From a virus, in the IMG/VR virus record IMGVR_UViG_3300005613_000021, positions 1 through 64,000 of that record: 64,000 bases of DNA. One strand, 5' to 3'. The position numbers and the translations under genes were made by a program. The notes under the pieces were generated by a model, which saw nothing but the letters and a program-made list of their open reading frames with translations, searched no databases and was not told the origin of the DNA. The stretch's first letter is position 1, and each line of letters opens with the position of its first letter. This document shows, in pieces, positions 16,637 to 27,126 of this stretch.

Positions 16637-18199
16637 ATGCAATTATTTCAACAAGAATATGATGATGGTATAGCAGAACAAATTATGGGTAATAAATCCC
16701 TGTCGTTTGCTTCTGTAGCTGAGCCATTATGTATAGATGCTGTTTTTAAGCAAATGAAAGCGCTTGCTTCTATTCAAGACACTGATATGTATTACGTTCA
16801 GTCGATCTTGGTTTCTTCTAACTGGAACAAAAACGATGATATTTTTGAACCAGAAGAGATATGGAAAGCAAAAGAAACCCCAGAACATAAACCAACTAAT
16901 TTAAATCATGACGAAAAAATTATTGTAGGACATATTATATCTAATTATCCTATTACAGAAGACGGGATTTTAATAGATAAAAATACTCCAGTAGAAAATC
17001 TACCTAAAAATTTTCACATATTAACTGGTTCAGTAATTTATAAGGCTTATACAGATCCATCGCTTAAGGATAGAACTAGAGATCTTATTGCTTCTATTGA
17101 AGAAGGAAAAAAATATGTTAGCATGGAATGTTATTTTGATAATTTTGATTATGGAATCACTGATACTGCAACTGGCTCATATAAAGTTGTAGCAAGAGAT
17201 AACGATAGTTCTTATTTAACAAAATATCTTAGAGCATATGGCGGAACTGGAGAAAAAGATAACTATAAAATTGGTAGAGTATTAAGAAACATTACTTTTA
17301 GTGGTAAGGGATATGTTGACAAACCGGCGAACGTTAATAGTATAATATTACAAACTAAGCTGGAAAATTTTGATGATATGAAAAAAGATAAAATAAAAAA
17401 CTTTATTTTTGAAAATAAAGGTGTATCATTAGATAACATAGAAACTCATACTGTGGAGGCTTGTATAATGAGCAAACAAGAAGAACTAGAAACTATGATA
17501 AATAAAGAAATTGCAGAAGAGCAAGTTGTTGCTTGTGATTCTGAAAGTACAGAAAACTTTGATGCTTCTGTCGAAGCTCAAGAAGTTACTGTTGCAGAAA
17601 TGCAAATTAAACTACAAGAAGCTGAAGCAGCTATGAAAAAATACATGGCAGAAAAAGAAGAAGACAAAAAGAAAACGAAAGAGGCTGAAGCTACCATGAA
17701 AAAGAAAATGGAAGAAGAAGCCGTTATGAAGAAAAAGCTTGAAGAGAGCGAAGCCGCTATGAAGAAGATGGAAGAAGAAGTAAAGAGCATGAAGAAAAAA
17801 GAATTAATGGCAAAAAGAACAGCCTCCTTAATAGACTGTGGTTTTGAAGATTCCGAAATTCAAGAATCTTTAGCTGCATATGACGCTCTTGATGATGAAG
17901 CTTTTGATTCAGTTATTGCCATGATGAAAAAGAAAATGGCAAAGAAAGAAGAAAATAAAGAAGCTGAAGCTGCTATGCCCCCAGCACTTAAAGAAGCCTT
18001 AGACAAGAAAAAAGAAAAAGAATCAAAGGCAGAAAATGAATTTGATACAACAGATGAGATTTTAGAAGAGGTTGAAGAGACTGAAGCTCTAGATCTTACT
18101 GTTGGTGGTGAAGACGATTCTGAAGCCAACACAACTAGCGCGGCTTTAATTGATTTTGTTTATTCTAGACTCGGCAAAAAACTAAATAAGGGAGAATAA
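16637..18199 (+). CDS. Prohead protease fused to a coiled-coil scaffold
   Basis: NKNDDIF, NLNH, VSMEC and V.KPA motifs; GGAGG RBS gives start 16637; E/K/A/M-rich C-terminal half. Confidence 0.75.
   Translation: MQLFQQEYDDGIAEQIMGNKSLSFASVAEPLCIDAVFKQMKALASIQDTDMYYVQSILVSSNWNKNDDIFEPEEIWKAKETPEHKPTNLNHDEKIIVGHIISNYPITEDGILIDKNTPVENLPKNFHILTGSVIYKAYTDPSLKDRTRDLIASIEEGKKYVSMECYFDNFDYGITDTATGSYKVVARDNDSSYLTKYLRAYGGTGEKDNYKIGRVLRNITFSGKGYVDKPANVNSIILQTKLENFDDMKKDKIKNFIFENKGVSLDNIETHTVEACIMSKQEELETMINKEIAEEQVVACDSESTENFDASVEAQEVTVAEMQIKLQEAEAAMKKYMAEKEEDKKKTKEAEATMKKKMEEEAVMKKKLEESEAAMKKMEEEVKSMKKKELMAKRTASLIDCGFEDSEIQESLAAYDALDDEAFDSVIAMMKKKMAKKEENKEAEAAMPPALKEALDKKKEKESKAENEFDTTDEILEEVEETEALDLTVGGEDDSEANTTSAALIDFVYSRLGKKLNKGE
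17468..18199 (+). CDS. Nested in-frame scaffold protein (MSKQEELE...)
   Basis: Internal GTGTA motif at 17421 and GGAGG RBS at 17455-17459. Confidence 0.6.
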   Translation: MSKQEELETMINKEIAEEQVVACDSESTENFDASVEAQEVTVAEMQIKLQEAEAAMKKYMAEKEEDKKKTKEAEATMKKKMEEEAVMKKKLEESEAAMKKMEEEVKSMKKKELMAKRTASLIDCGFEDSEIQESLAAYDALDDEAFDSVIAMMKKKMAKKEENKEAEAAMPPALKEALDKKKEKESKAENEFDTTDEILEEVEETEALDLTVGGEDDSEANTTSAALIDFVYSRLGKKLNKGE

Positions 18200-18200
18200 A

Positions 18201-18656
18201 ATGGCTCTAAAACCTGATCGTATCGAATTACTAACTGATGTCTCATTTTTCATGAGCACAACTGCTACTAGAGGCGGTGTTGTATCTGTATCCACAGCTT
18301 CCACTGGTGTTGGAGTTGCTATGGACGATGCTAATGCTGTTGTTTCTTATGCAAGCAATCCAAGTGGCGCATATCCAGTCGGAGTATTACTTAATGATGT
18401 TGTAGATCTTGATCTAACTAGACAGCACATTAATTGGCACAAAGACGAAGTGCAAAAGGGTGGTAAGGTTACTATCCTAAGAAATGGTCAAGTCACAACT
18501 AATAACATTGACGGCAATCCAGCTGCTGGCCAAGTCGCTTATGTTCATAGTGGTGGTAATGTTAGTGCTACTCAAGAAACTGGCGCAGTTGCTGTCGGTC
18601 AGTTCCTCAGCGCTAAAGATTCCGATGGTTATGCTAAAGTTTCAATCAACGTCTAA
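18201..18656 (+). CDS. Head decoration/cement-like protein
   Basis: 151-aa beta-rich protein between scaffold and MCP. Confidence 0.6.
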   Translation: MALKPDRIELLTDVSFFMSTTATRGGVVSVSTASTGVGVAMDDANAVVSYASNPSGAYPVGVLLNDVVDLDLTRQHINWHKDEVQKGGKVTILRNGQVTTNNIDGNPAAGQVAYVHSGGNVSATQETGAVAVGQFLSAKDSDGYAKVSINV

Positions 18657-18675
18657 ATAAATGGGAGAAAAAACA

Positions 18676-19689
18676 ATGTCAGCATCTTACGATAAATTCG
18701 AGCCTTCTCAAGAATTAACTGATCTTCTAATGCGCTCTGGCTCAGCAGAGAAGAATCAGTCTTTAGAGGCCAACGCACAGTTTGCCAAAGCTTTAGAACT
18801 CCCATTAAGACAAGGTGTTCTCAATGGTGATATTCTAGACGGCATTTTCGAGCCAGTTAGATTATCAGAAAGTGCCACTCCAGAATTTCCATTGGATTTT
18901 CTTGCCCCAGGCACTGAAAAAGATTTTGTTGCTTATACCATCCCAAATCATGGTTATATTCCAGAGCGTCATGTTGAAGGCGATTATGTCATGGTTCCAA
19001 CCTATGACATTGGTGCCAGCATCGACTATCTCTTAAAATATGCTCGTGATGCTCGTTGGGATGTTGTTGGTCGTGCTATGGAAGTTATGGAAGCCCAGTT
19101 TGTCAAGAAGATGAACGATGACGGTTGGCATACTTTACTAGCAGCTGGTGTTGATCGCAATATCGTTGTTTATGACGGCGATGCTGAAAACGGTCAGTTT
19201 ACCAAGCGTCTGGTAAGTCTTATGAAGACCGTTATGCGTCGTAATGGCGGTGGTAATAGCACCTCTAATAACAGAGGAGCTTTAACAGACCTGTATGTTT
19301 CTCCAGAAGCAATGGAAGACATTCGTAACTGGGGTGTTGATCAAGTTGACGAAGTTACTCGTCGCGAGATCTACACAGCTGCAGATGGTAGTGTCAATAG
19401 AATCTTTGGCGTTAATCTACATGACCTAGATGAACTAGGTAGTGGCCAGGAGTATCAACTATTCTACTCCAATGAGCTAAGTGGCACCATGCCAACTGGC
19501 CACAATACCGAAGTTGTCGTTGGTCTAGACTTACGCAAGAGAGATTCTTTTGTGATGCCAGTTCGTCAAGAGGTCCAGATCTTCGAAGACGATTCGCTTC
19601 ATAGACAAAAGAGAGCTGGTTTTTATGGATGGGCAGAGCAAGGCTTTGCTGTTCTAGACAACCGCAGAGTTATCCTCGGATCTCTCTAA
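18676..19689 (+). CDS. Major capsid protein
   Basis: Synteny, size, biased codon use, strong terminator downstream; GGAGA RBS gives start 18676. Confidence 0.8.
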   Translation: MSASYDKFEPSQELTDLLMRSGSAEKNQSLEANAQFAKALELPLRQGVLNGDILDGIFEPVRLSESATPEFPLDFLAPGTEKDFVAYTIPNHGYIPERHVEGDYVMVPTYDIGASIDYLLKYARDARWDVVGRAMEVMEAQFVKKMNDDGWHTLLAAGVDRNIVVYDGDAENGQFTKRLVSLMKTVMRRNGGGNSTSNNRGALTDLYVSPEAMEDIRNWGVDQVDEVTRREIYTAADGSVNRIFGVNLHDLDELGSGQEYQLFYSNELSGTMPTGHNTEVVVGLDLRKRDSFVMPVRQEVQIFEDDSLHRQKRAGFYGWAEQGFAVLDNRRVILGSL

Positions 19690-19714
19690 TTGTTCTATAA
19701 CTACTTCCAAGTAG

Positions 19715-19745
19715 AAAAGGGCTGGCACCTGCTAGCCCTTTTTTT
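19715..19745 (+). terminator. Rho-independent terminator after MCP (bidirectional-type)
   Basis: AAAA-GGGCTGGC-ACCT-GCTAGCCC-T7. Confidence 0.9.
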
Positions 19746-19796
19746 ATAGGATTGTGTATATATTAGTATAAAACTAAATCACTTCAAAGGAGAGAT

Positions 19797-20207
19797 ATGA
19801 TGGCAGCTAGCCAGTATGATTTTAATATAGAGCAGGGCTCTTCCTTTAGGATGACAGTAGTATATAAAGACGCCAACAATAACCCGATAGATATTAGGGG
19901 ATGGTGTGCTAGAATTATTTGGACCACAAATACTGGTGAAGTATCAACTTTTACTACAGAAAACTCAGACCCTTCACTGTATAATTTTATTATTTTAGAT
20001 GATAATTCTGGAACTATTAAATTTGAGCTACCGGCCAATGTAACAAATAGTTATAATTTTTCTAGTGCTAAATATGATTTTGAGTTGCAGTCAGATGATG
20101 ACCATTATACTGATGGTGGCAAGTATATTATTAGAATCCTTTATGGTAATATTACAATCTTAAAAAGATATAGTAAATCAAGCACATTATTAGAGTGTAC
20201 AGTTTAA
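19797..20207 (+). CDS. BppU-like Ig-fold virion protein
   Basis: IEQGSSF...PIDI.G...AKYDFEL...ILYGNITI pattern; similar to 27672-28109. Confidence 0.55.
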   Translation: MMAASQYDFNIEQGSSFRMTVVYKDANNNPIDIRGWCARIIWTTNTGEVSTFTTENSDPSLYNFIILDDNSGTIKFELPANVTNSYNFSSAKYDFELQSDDDHYTDGGKYIIRILYGNITILKRYSKSSTLLECTV

Positions 20208-20208
20208 T

Positions 20209-21000
20209 ATGGCAACCTTTAAAATAGAGGTTTTAGAGTCCGAAACATATATTATTGATGTTAATACTAGTACTTCTGATAGTGTGACTAGTACCTCTTC
20301 ACAAGATAAATTTTTTTTGGAAATAGAACAGGATATTGATGGGACAACTGAGACCGCCAAAAATATTATTGAGATAGTTACATCTTTAGATGCTGATTCT
20401 GATCCATCTAGACTTACTGTAGATCAAAACAATGTTATTAATTTAGTTATTAGTACAGATTTTACAGTCAGTCACCCAACAATCTCTGCAGCATCTTCTG
20501 TAGATAACAATGGTAATTTATTTATTCAAGATATTTTTCTTGATCAGTATGGCCATATTACTGGAATAAATTCCGCGTATGCTACAGGAACTGGTATCGG
20601 AGGAACTCCATCCACGTTTCTAGACCTAGAAGACACACCTGCAAGTTATAGTGGTTATGATAATTATCTACTATCGGTAAATTCATCATTATCTGCAATA
20701 GAGTTTGTTTCTAGCAGATCAAAAAGACAGCACAGAACCATATCTTCTGACGATGTATTAAACTTTGATGATGATATAATTTTGCTTGACTCTTCTTCGC
20801 AACAGCTACAAGTCACTATGCCATATGCTACGGGATTGGAAGGATATACAATAACGATAAAAAAAATTGCTGGAAATAATAATTGTATTATAAATCCACA
20901 ATCAGGAGAAACTATAGATTCTAGAAATTTATTTAACATACACTATATTAATGAATCTGTGTCGTTATTTTCAAACGGCAATGATTGGTATATAGTATAG
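20209..21000 (+). CDS. Virion fibre/appendage protein
   Basis: DQYGHITG fibre motif; C-terminal SNGNDWYIV domain. Confidence 0.55.
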   Translation: MATFKIEVLESETYIIDVNTSTSDSVTSTSSQDKFFLEIEQDIDGTTETAKNIIEIVTSLDADSDPSRLTVDQNNVINLVISTDFTVSHPTISAASSVDNNGNLFIQDIFLDQYGHITGINSAYATGTGIGGTPSTFLDLEDTPASYSGYDNYLLSVNSSLSAIEFVSSRSKRQHRTISSDDVLNFDDDIILLDSSSQQLQVTMPYATGLEGYTITIKKIAGNNNCIINPQSGETIDSRNLFNIHYINESVSLFSNGNDWYIV

Positions 21001-21048
21001 TGTATATTATTGTAGTATTGTCGCCACTATTTAAATACGGAGAAAAAA

Positions 21049-22551
21049 ATGTCATACCATCCAAGCAGAGTTAACCAAGGAGCAGGAGCCGAAATACCAA
21101 GTGGTATTGTTTATTATGGGCACTCTCCTAGTGGTCAAGTTTATGAAGCCGATTCAGCTTTTACAATTGGTGGAGGTTTTTTAAATGCTAGCAATATCAA
21201 AATACAAAATAATGGAACTATAGGAGTATCTAATTTACCTGGAGCTATTACAATTGGTTCTGACGGTACTGTAAGCGTTCTTGGGGATTTGACAGTTAAT
21301 GGAACAACAACCACTGTTAATTCTACAACGGTTACTGTTCAAGATCCAATTATTAGATTAGGAGCAAGTGGAACAGGAAATCCCACTATTGATGATAATA
21401 AAGATAGAGGTGTTTCTTTTGCTTATTATACCGATGTTGCTAAAACTGGTTTTTTTGGTTTTGATGATAGTACTGGCAAATTCATGTTTGTGCCACAGGC
21501 TACTATTAGTGGAGAAGTAGTTGTTAGTGGAGATAGTGGTACTATAGTTGCTGATTTACAGGGTAATGCCGATACTGCTACTAGATGGACATCTACTTTG
21601 ACTTTACAGTTAGGAGATGAGTTATCTGGTAATGTTATTTTCGATGGAGATGAAGGAAATGCCACATTAAATGCATCATTAACTAATGCTGCTATAACAG
21701 GCTTGACAGCCCTAACCACAGCTTTGGATTCTACTAATGACTATATCATGATTTATGATGATGATGCTGGCAGTCTAAAAAAGATAAATAGAAATACGTT
21801 TGTTAGTGGTCTTGGTGCAATGAGCAGTTTTATAGTTTCCGATGGCACTACTAATGAAACTGTAAACGATGGAGAAACTATTACGTTTTCAGGTGGGGTT
21901 GGTGCTGAATTTGTAGTTACAGGTATTGGGGGTGTCCCCACTATTACTGTGAATAGTGTGGATAGTGAAATTTTTCATGATAATCTTAGTGGATATGTAG
22001 CTAATGAACACATTAACCATACAGGAGTGGTTTTTACTGCTGGTAGTGGTCTTACTGGTGGTGGAGATATCTCTTCAAGCAGAACTTTTAATGTTGGTGC
22101 TGGTACTGGTATTGGTGTTGATGCTGATACCGTGAATCTTACCAATACCACAGTTTCTGCTGGAAGCTATGGTTCTGCTAGCGGAGTTGCTACTTTCACT
22201 GTAGATTCTCAAGGTAGACTTACCGCTGCTAATACTGTTAATATTCAAGTTGATAGTTCACAAATCGTTAAGAGCATCGAAACTATTAGCTCTAGCAAAA
22301 CTCTAGATAAAGATATTACATTAGTTAATGCTACTGGGGCTAGTGTTACTGTTACTTTACCAGAGAATGCAACAGCAGGAACAATTAAGGTTGTTAAAAG
22401 AATCGATGGCAATGCTGAATCCGGCCCCTATGATGTGTTGATATCTAGGGCTGGTTCCGATAATATAGACGGATCCAATATTTTCCAGCTTTATTATCAA
22501 TATGAAACTCTTACATTTGTTAGCAATGGTTCAGACTGGTATATAATTTAA
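21049..22551 (+). CDS. Fibre protein
   Basis: GDLTVNGTTTTVNS, LQGNADTA, AGSGLTGGG and TVDSQGRLTAA fibre motifs. Confidence 0.7.
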   Translation: MSYHPSRVNQGAGAEIPSGIVYYGHSPSGQVYEADSAFTIGGGFLNASNIKIQNNGTIGVSNLPGAITIGSDGTVSVLGDLTVNGTTTTVNSTTVTVQDPIIRLGASGTGNPTIDDNKDRGVSFAYYTDVAKTGFFGFDDSTGKFMFVPQATISGEVVVSGDSGTIVADLQGNADTATRWTSTLTLQLGDELSGNVIFDGDEGNATLNASLTNAAITGLTALTTALDSTNDYIMIYDDDAGSLKKINRNTFVSGLGAMSSFIVSDGTTNETVNDGETITFSGGVGAEFVVTGIGGVPTITVNSVDSEIFHDNLSGYVANEHINHTGVVFTAGSGLTGGGDISSSRTFNVGAGTGIGVDADTVNLTNTTVSAGSYGSASGVATFTVDSQGRLTAANTVNIQVDSSQIVKSIETISSSKTLDKDITLVNATGASVTVTLPENATAGTIKVVKRIDGNAESGPYDVLISRAGSDNIDGSNIFQLYYQYETLTFVSNGSDWYII

Positions 22552-22552
22552 T

Positions 22553-25057
22553 ATGTATAGTTTAACTTTACAAAATGCTGCTGGCGATAGTACTATTACT
22601 AGTGGAGATATATTAGGTAGAATTAATTTTGCTGTGCCTTCTGAATCAGATGGCGCAGCTGCTACTTATATTGTATCTCAAATTTATTCTCAAGCAGAAG
22701 GATCTTTTACAAGTGCGTCTAATCCCGCATCTATAGTTTTATCCACATCATCAGCAGACTCTACTCCTGCTACTGGAAGACTAAAAATTAATAGTGATGG
22801 ACATTTCATTCCACTGTCTAGCGGAACTTATGATCTAGGTTCATCATCATTCCCATTTAGGAATCTTTATATTGACGGAGGTTATGTAACTGCTCCCACT
22901 GGAGTATTTGACGTAATATCTTTCAATACAGAGGATGAGTCAATACTAACAAAGGGACAGCTTAGTTGGGATGATACTGAGGGTAGTCTTGATATTGGTT
23001 TAACTGATAATACTACTATTCATATTGGCGAACATAGGTATTTCCGAATTCGCAATGAAACTGGCGGCACTTTGTATAAGGGTCAAGTAGTTTATGCCAC
23101 AGGGGTTCATAGTAATGGTTTGATCACGCCAGATAAATATGTTGCTGACGGATCTATCCGTGAAGTTCGCTTTATGGGCGCTGTGCTTGAGGATGTTAAT
23201 AACAATAATAACGGTTATGTTGTTGATTTTGGTCACTTGCACGATATGGATCTGGACGGCTCTGCCTCTAACTATGCCGTAGGCGATGAAACTTGGGCTG
23301 CTGGAGATATTCTTTATGTTCATCCTACGGTTGCTGGTAAACTTACCAAAAACGAACCTAAGCACAGTATTAGTGTTGCGATAGTTCTTGATCCGGGTAA
23401 TGGAAATGGTAATGGTAAGATGTTTGTGCGACCGGCTAGTTACGGTCACATTAACGATAATCATGACGTTGACGTTAGCGGTTTGCTTGATAATCAATTT
23501 TTGATCTATAACAGTGGCTTAGATTACTGGCAACCAAGTTCTGGATTGTATTATGTTGATGGGGATCTTGGGATTGGAACGGCTACGCCATCTTCTAAAT
23601 TAGAATTACTGGGAGATGGAGGCACATCTGATACAGGCATCTTGACAGTAAATGATCCAAGCACTGGAGGTACAACTTCTTGGATTAAACTTTACGCTGA
23701 AGATAGCTCTGGTTTTGACCCACCTCTTACTTGGCATATTGCCTATGGAGATCTTATTTTCTTTAGAGATTTAGAATTTAGGACTTCTTTTAGTTCTGTT
23801 CCAGAAGTCACTATTCAACCAAGTGGAGCCTTCCATGTTGTTGGAGACGGCTCAGTTCATACCCCCAGATATAAGGCTTATGACTTAGCTACAGATTATA
23901 ATACGGCGGCTAAACCGGCCTTTACTTGGGTCAACGATGATGATAATGGTATGCTGCGTCCATCATCTAACAATATTGCTTTTAGTACAGCCGGTCTAGA
24001 AAGATTAAGAATTGATAGTGCTGGTAAAGTTGGGATTGGAGTGCAAGTGCCATCACAAAAACTTGACGTTGATGGTTCTATTAGAACAATAGATGGTGGC
24101 GTTGGCCATCACGACAATGGCTGTTATGTTGCATATCCCGGAGGAGGAACTTACAGATCGGCTGTATCAGAAACGGGCTATTTGAAAATAACACTTCCAG
24201 TTAGCTGGACAAATACCATAATATCTTTTGATATAGATATTTATGAATATACTACTCAAAAAATTAAAAAATTTAGAGTTGGCGGATACACATATAGCGT
24301 TACTACGCAATGGATTCATGAATCTGCAATGATGGATAGTGATAACGATTTTGCCAAATATAAAGTTCATTTTGGTCATGATGGAACTAATTGTGCCGTT
24401 TATATTTCAAGAATTAGCAGCCTAAATGCTGATCTTGGAGCAGCTACAGATTGGAATGTCCCGCAAATATCTATTAGTAATTTATTTGCTGGATATGGTA
24501 GCCTTACTATGACTGATTGGGCTGATGGATGGACTGTTGGATTTACAACTACCCTTGGAACTACTACTGGAAGCATTACTGTTAGTAGGCCGTATAGACA
24601 GCATGATACTAATTGCTCATTTAATGGAACAATAGATGCCGCAAATATTGGTGCTGGCGTAGACAATAGTGTTGTAATTCTTGATAGCGACGGCAAGCTC
24701 AGAACTGACGAAATAGATAGCAGGGTTTGGGGAACTAGTCTTGTTGATGGTGCGGGTACTTCAAATTATGTCAGCAAATGGAGTGATAGCAATACATTAA
24801 CTAATAGTATAATTTATGATAATGGAACTAATGTTGGAATAGGGACGGATACGCCGTCCTACAAACTAGATATCAACGGAACATTCAGTGCTAATAGTAT
24901 CAACATTAACGACCAGTTTACTTTCCCCACAACAGATGGTTCCGCTGATCAAGTATTAGTAACCAATGGTAACGGTGTATTATCTTGGCAAAACCAAACA
25001 GGTTCTGGGACACCAACATCGTCTTCGTCTTATGCAATGATTCACGTTTTCGGATAA
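22553..25057 (+). CDS. Tail fibre / receptor-binding protein
   Basis: Three (V/L)GIG...PS.KL repeats; DGSADQVL.TNGNG.LSW motif. Confidence 0.7.
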   Translation: MYSLTLQNAAGDSTITSGDILGRINFAVPSESDGAAATYIVSQIYSQAEGSFTSASNPASIVLSTSSADSTPATGRLKINSDGHFIPLSSGTYDLGSSSFPFRNLYIDGGYVTAPTGVFDVISFNTEDESILTKGQLSWDDTEGSLDIGLTDNTTIHIGEHRYFRIRNETGGTLYKGQVVYATGVHSNGLITPDKYVADGSIREVRFMGAVLEDVNNNNNGYVVDFGHLHDMDLDGSASNYAVGDETWAAGDILYVHPTVAGKLTKNEPKHSISVAIVLDPGNGNGNGKMFVRPASYGHINDNHDVDVSGLLDNQFLIYNSGLDYWQPSSGLYYVDGDLGIGTATPSSKLELLGDGGTSDTGILTVNDPSTGGTTSWIKLYAEDSSGFDPPLTWHIAYGDLIFFRDLEFRTSFSSVPEVTIQPSGAFHVVGDGSVHTPRYKAYDLATDYNTAAKPAFTWVNDDDNGMLRPSSNNIAFSTAGLERLRIDSAGKVGIGVQVPSQKLDVDGSIRTIDGGVGHHDNGCYVAYPGGGTYRSAVSETGYLKITLPVSWTNTIISFDIDIYEYTTQKIKKFRVGGYTYSVTTQWIHESAMMDSDNDFAKYKVHFGHDGTNCAVYISRISSLNADLGAATDWNVPQISISNLFAGYGSLTMTDWADGWTVGFTTTLGTTTGSITVSRPYRQHDTNCSFNGTIDAANIGAGVDNSVVILDSDGKLRTDEIDSRVWGTSLVDGAGTSNYVSKWSDSNTLTNSIIYDNGTNVGIGTDTPSYKLDINGTFSANSININDQFTFPTTDGSADQVLVTNGNGVLSWQNQTGSGTPTSSSSYAMIHVFG

Positions 25058-25069
25058 AGGATAAAAATA

Positions 25070-25447
25070 ATGGCTAATCCAGATATTAAAAACCCTACTT
25101 CTATTTATGGCAAAACAACATATATTACTCCTAGTGGAACAGCCGAAGAAAATCTGTTAACAAACAGTAGTGGTAGCAATAAGATATTAAAAACAACCAC
25201 CCTTATTGCTTGTAATATTGATGGAAACAATAATACTGACTGTTCTGTTACATTATATGATAACGCTACGGCTGGATCTGGAACGGGTTATCCGATTATT
25301 AGTACTGTTACTATACCCTTTGACAGCACCGTTGCTTTGCTAGATAAAAACTCACCAATATGGATAGAAGAAGATCATAGAATAGATGTTAATATCAGCG
25401 CCGGTGGAACTATTAATTTTATACTTAGCTATGAGGAATTGAACTAA
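25070..25447 (+). CDS. Small fibre-associated virion protein
   Basis: Follows the fibre gene; MANP...YGKT...SYEE pattern. Confidence 0.55.
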   Translation: MANPDIKNPTSIYGKTTYITPSGTAEENLLTNSSGSNKILKTTTLIACNIDGNNNTDCSVTLYDNATAGSGTGYPIISTVTIPFDSTVALLDKNSPIWIEEDHRIDVNISAGGTINFILSYEELN

Positions 25448-26163
25448 TGACTTACCCCAGCACATCAAACGCGAATGGTATCTGGACATTAAGAGACGTA
25501 TTTCTTGCGAGGAAAGGTGACATTTGGCCCTTTAATACTTTGTATGATGAATACTTTGGTGATGTCGCGTTGTTACTCCAAGATTCTGAATCCGATGAAT
25601 CAGCCAATCAAATTACATTAACCTATACAAATGCATCGGTTACAGCTGTAGCGTCGAAGGTTGGCACGAAAAGCATTTATCTCACTGACACTTCTTCTAG
25701 GGTTGTTTTCCCAAGAAGCCCCGCTTGGTTTCAAGGAAGAGATTTCACAATCGAATGTTGGGCCATGTTTCCCAATTACAGCAGTTCTGCGAGTTATCAA
25801 TTGTTTCGTGGCGGAACTACTGGTCCATTCTTTTTAGTCTTATCCGACAAAATACGAGTCTCTCGCACTAATGCTGTAATTGCAACCTCCGCAACACTTA
25901 ATCTAGCAGCAAACACATGGTATCACTTTGCTCTCACTCGTAGAGATAACGGTAGTGGCAACAGTGATTATTACGAGGCTTTTGTGGATGGTGTATCTGT
26001 TGTAACCGGCACACGAGTCGAATCATTTACTAACACTCTGAATGGGTATTTTGGAGAACAGGAGATGTACATAGACGCATACCGAATCACAGACGGTACA
26101 GCCCGTTACACCCAAAACTTCACCCCACCGACTGAAACCTTCCCCACTTCTAACTCGACATAA
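25447..26163 (+). CDS. LamG/concanavalin-A-like lectin domain protein
   Basis: DFTIECW, NTWYHFALTR, YIDAYRIT.G.ARY..NFTPPT. Confidence 0.8.
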   Translation: MTYPSTSNANGIWTLRDVFLARKGDIWPFNTLYDEYFGDVALLLQDSESDESANQITLTYTNASVTAVASKVGTKSIYLTDTSSRVVFPRSPAWFQGRDFTIECWAMFPNYSSSASYQLFRGGTTGPFFLVLSDKIRVSRTNAVIATSATLNLAANTWYHFALTRRDNGSGNSDYYEAFVDGVSVVTGTRVESFTNTLNGYFGEQEMYIDAYRITDGTARYTQNFTPPTETFPTSNST

Positions 26164-26183
26164 AAATAAGGTATTAAACACAA

Positions 26184-26726
26184 ATGAGCAGCTCAAAGGA
26201 TTATTATGGTGAACCACCTTACTACAGACATAGATCTAGTGGTAATATCGTTAAATTGTCTCCAAGAATTAGACTCAAAGATGGCAGTACAAGAACTGAT
26301 CATTCAAAATATGTTCTTGACCCATTAGTTCTAGAGGAATTAAACATTGAACCCACAATATTAACAGATAGAGATATAGAAATTGCTCAAGATTTTTTTG
26401 AACATAGAAAAAAACAAAACAAAATAAAACATATTGAACAAAACCTACAGCAGAAAATAAATGCTGGTTTTGTTGTTCCTAAAAACCTTTATCCTGCCGG
26501 TGTGATTCTTGGACTTTCCGATCAAGACGTTACATTATTAACCGGCGCTTACATACTTTTAAAAGAAAGCGTAGAAAATAATACTGCAAATTCAACATAC
26601 ATAACTGATAAAAGTGGCAAAATTTACTGTCTTAGCTTGGAACAAATGACTCCATTGATGTTAGCGTATGGAAATTATAGAAGTAAATTAACTATAGATT
26701 ACAATCAACAAATTAATAACTTATAA
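26184..26726 (+). CDS. Hypothetical protein, possible fibre assembly chaperone
   Basis: Position after the lectin gene. Confidence 0.45.
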   Translation: MSSSKDYYGEPPYYRHRSSGNIVKLSPRIRLKDGSTRTDHSKYVLDPLVLEELNIEPTILTDRDIEIAQDFFEHRKKQNKIKHIEQNLQQKINAGFVVPKNLYPAGVILGLSDQDVTLLTGAYILLKESVENNTANSTYITDKSGKIYCLSLEQMTPLMLAYGNYRSKLTIDYNQQINNL

Positions 26727-26736
26727 GGAGAATAAT

Positions 26737-27048
26737 ATGGCAGATTTACCAATATTAAACGCAGTAGAACCAACAGTAATTCCGGCCAAAACCTATGATC
26801 GGGTTTGGGTGGAAGAAATAGTAATTCGCGCTCCAGATCCTAATGGTGACGTTACGGGCGAAGTTAAACTCCACAAATACGGGATGTTTGACGGCGTTGC
26901 TGAATTAGAACCCGGAAACGGCCAGTGGATAAGGGTTGAAAATATGTTGGCTAAATCTGCTGAAGATACCGACCTACAAACTGCTATGACCGCACTTTTG
27001 GCATATGTTGGCAAGGTTGGGGTTGAGAATAATATTATTCAACAATAA
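26737..27048 (+). CDS. Hypothetical protein
   Basis: AAGGAG RBS. Confidence 0.75.
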   Translation: MADLPILNAVEPTVIPAKTYDRVWVEEIVIRAPDPNGDVTGEVKLHKYGMFDGVAELEPGNGQWIRVENMLAKSAEDTDLQTAMTALLAYVGKVGVENNIIQQ

Positions 27049-27126
27049 TAATTTATTAATGTAATTCCATTATAGTCATATGGTGTATAATGTTATTAGA
27101 GTTTTAAATTTAAGAAGGATATAAAT

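Noticed and set aside
20209-26726. Diversity-generating retroelement or fibre shufflon
   Set aside because: No reverse transcriptase, invertase or TR/VR repeat pair seen.
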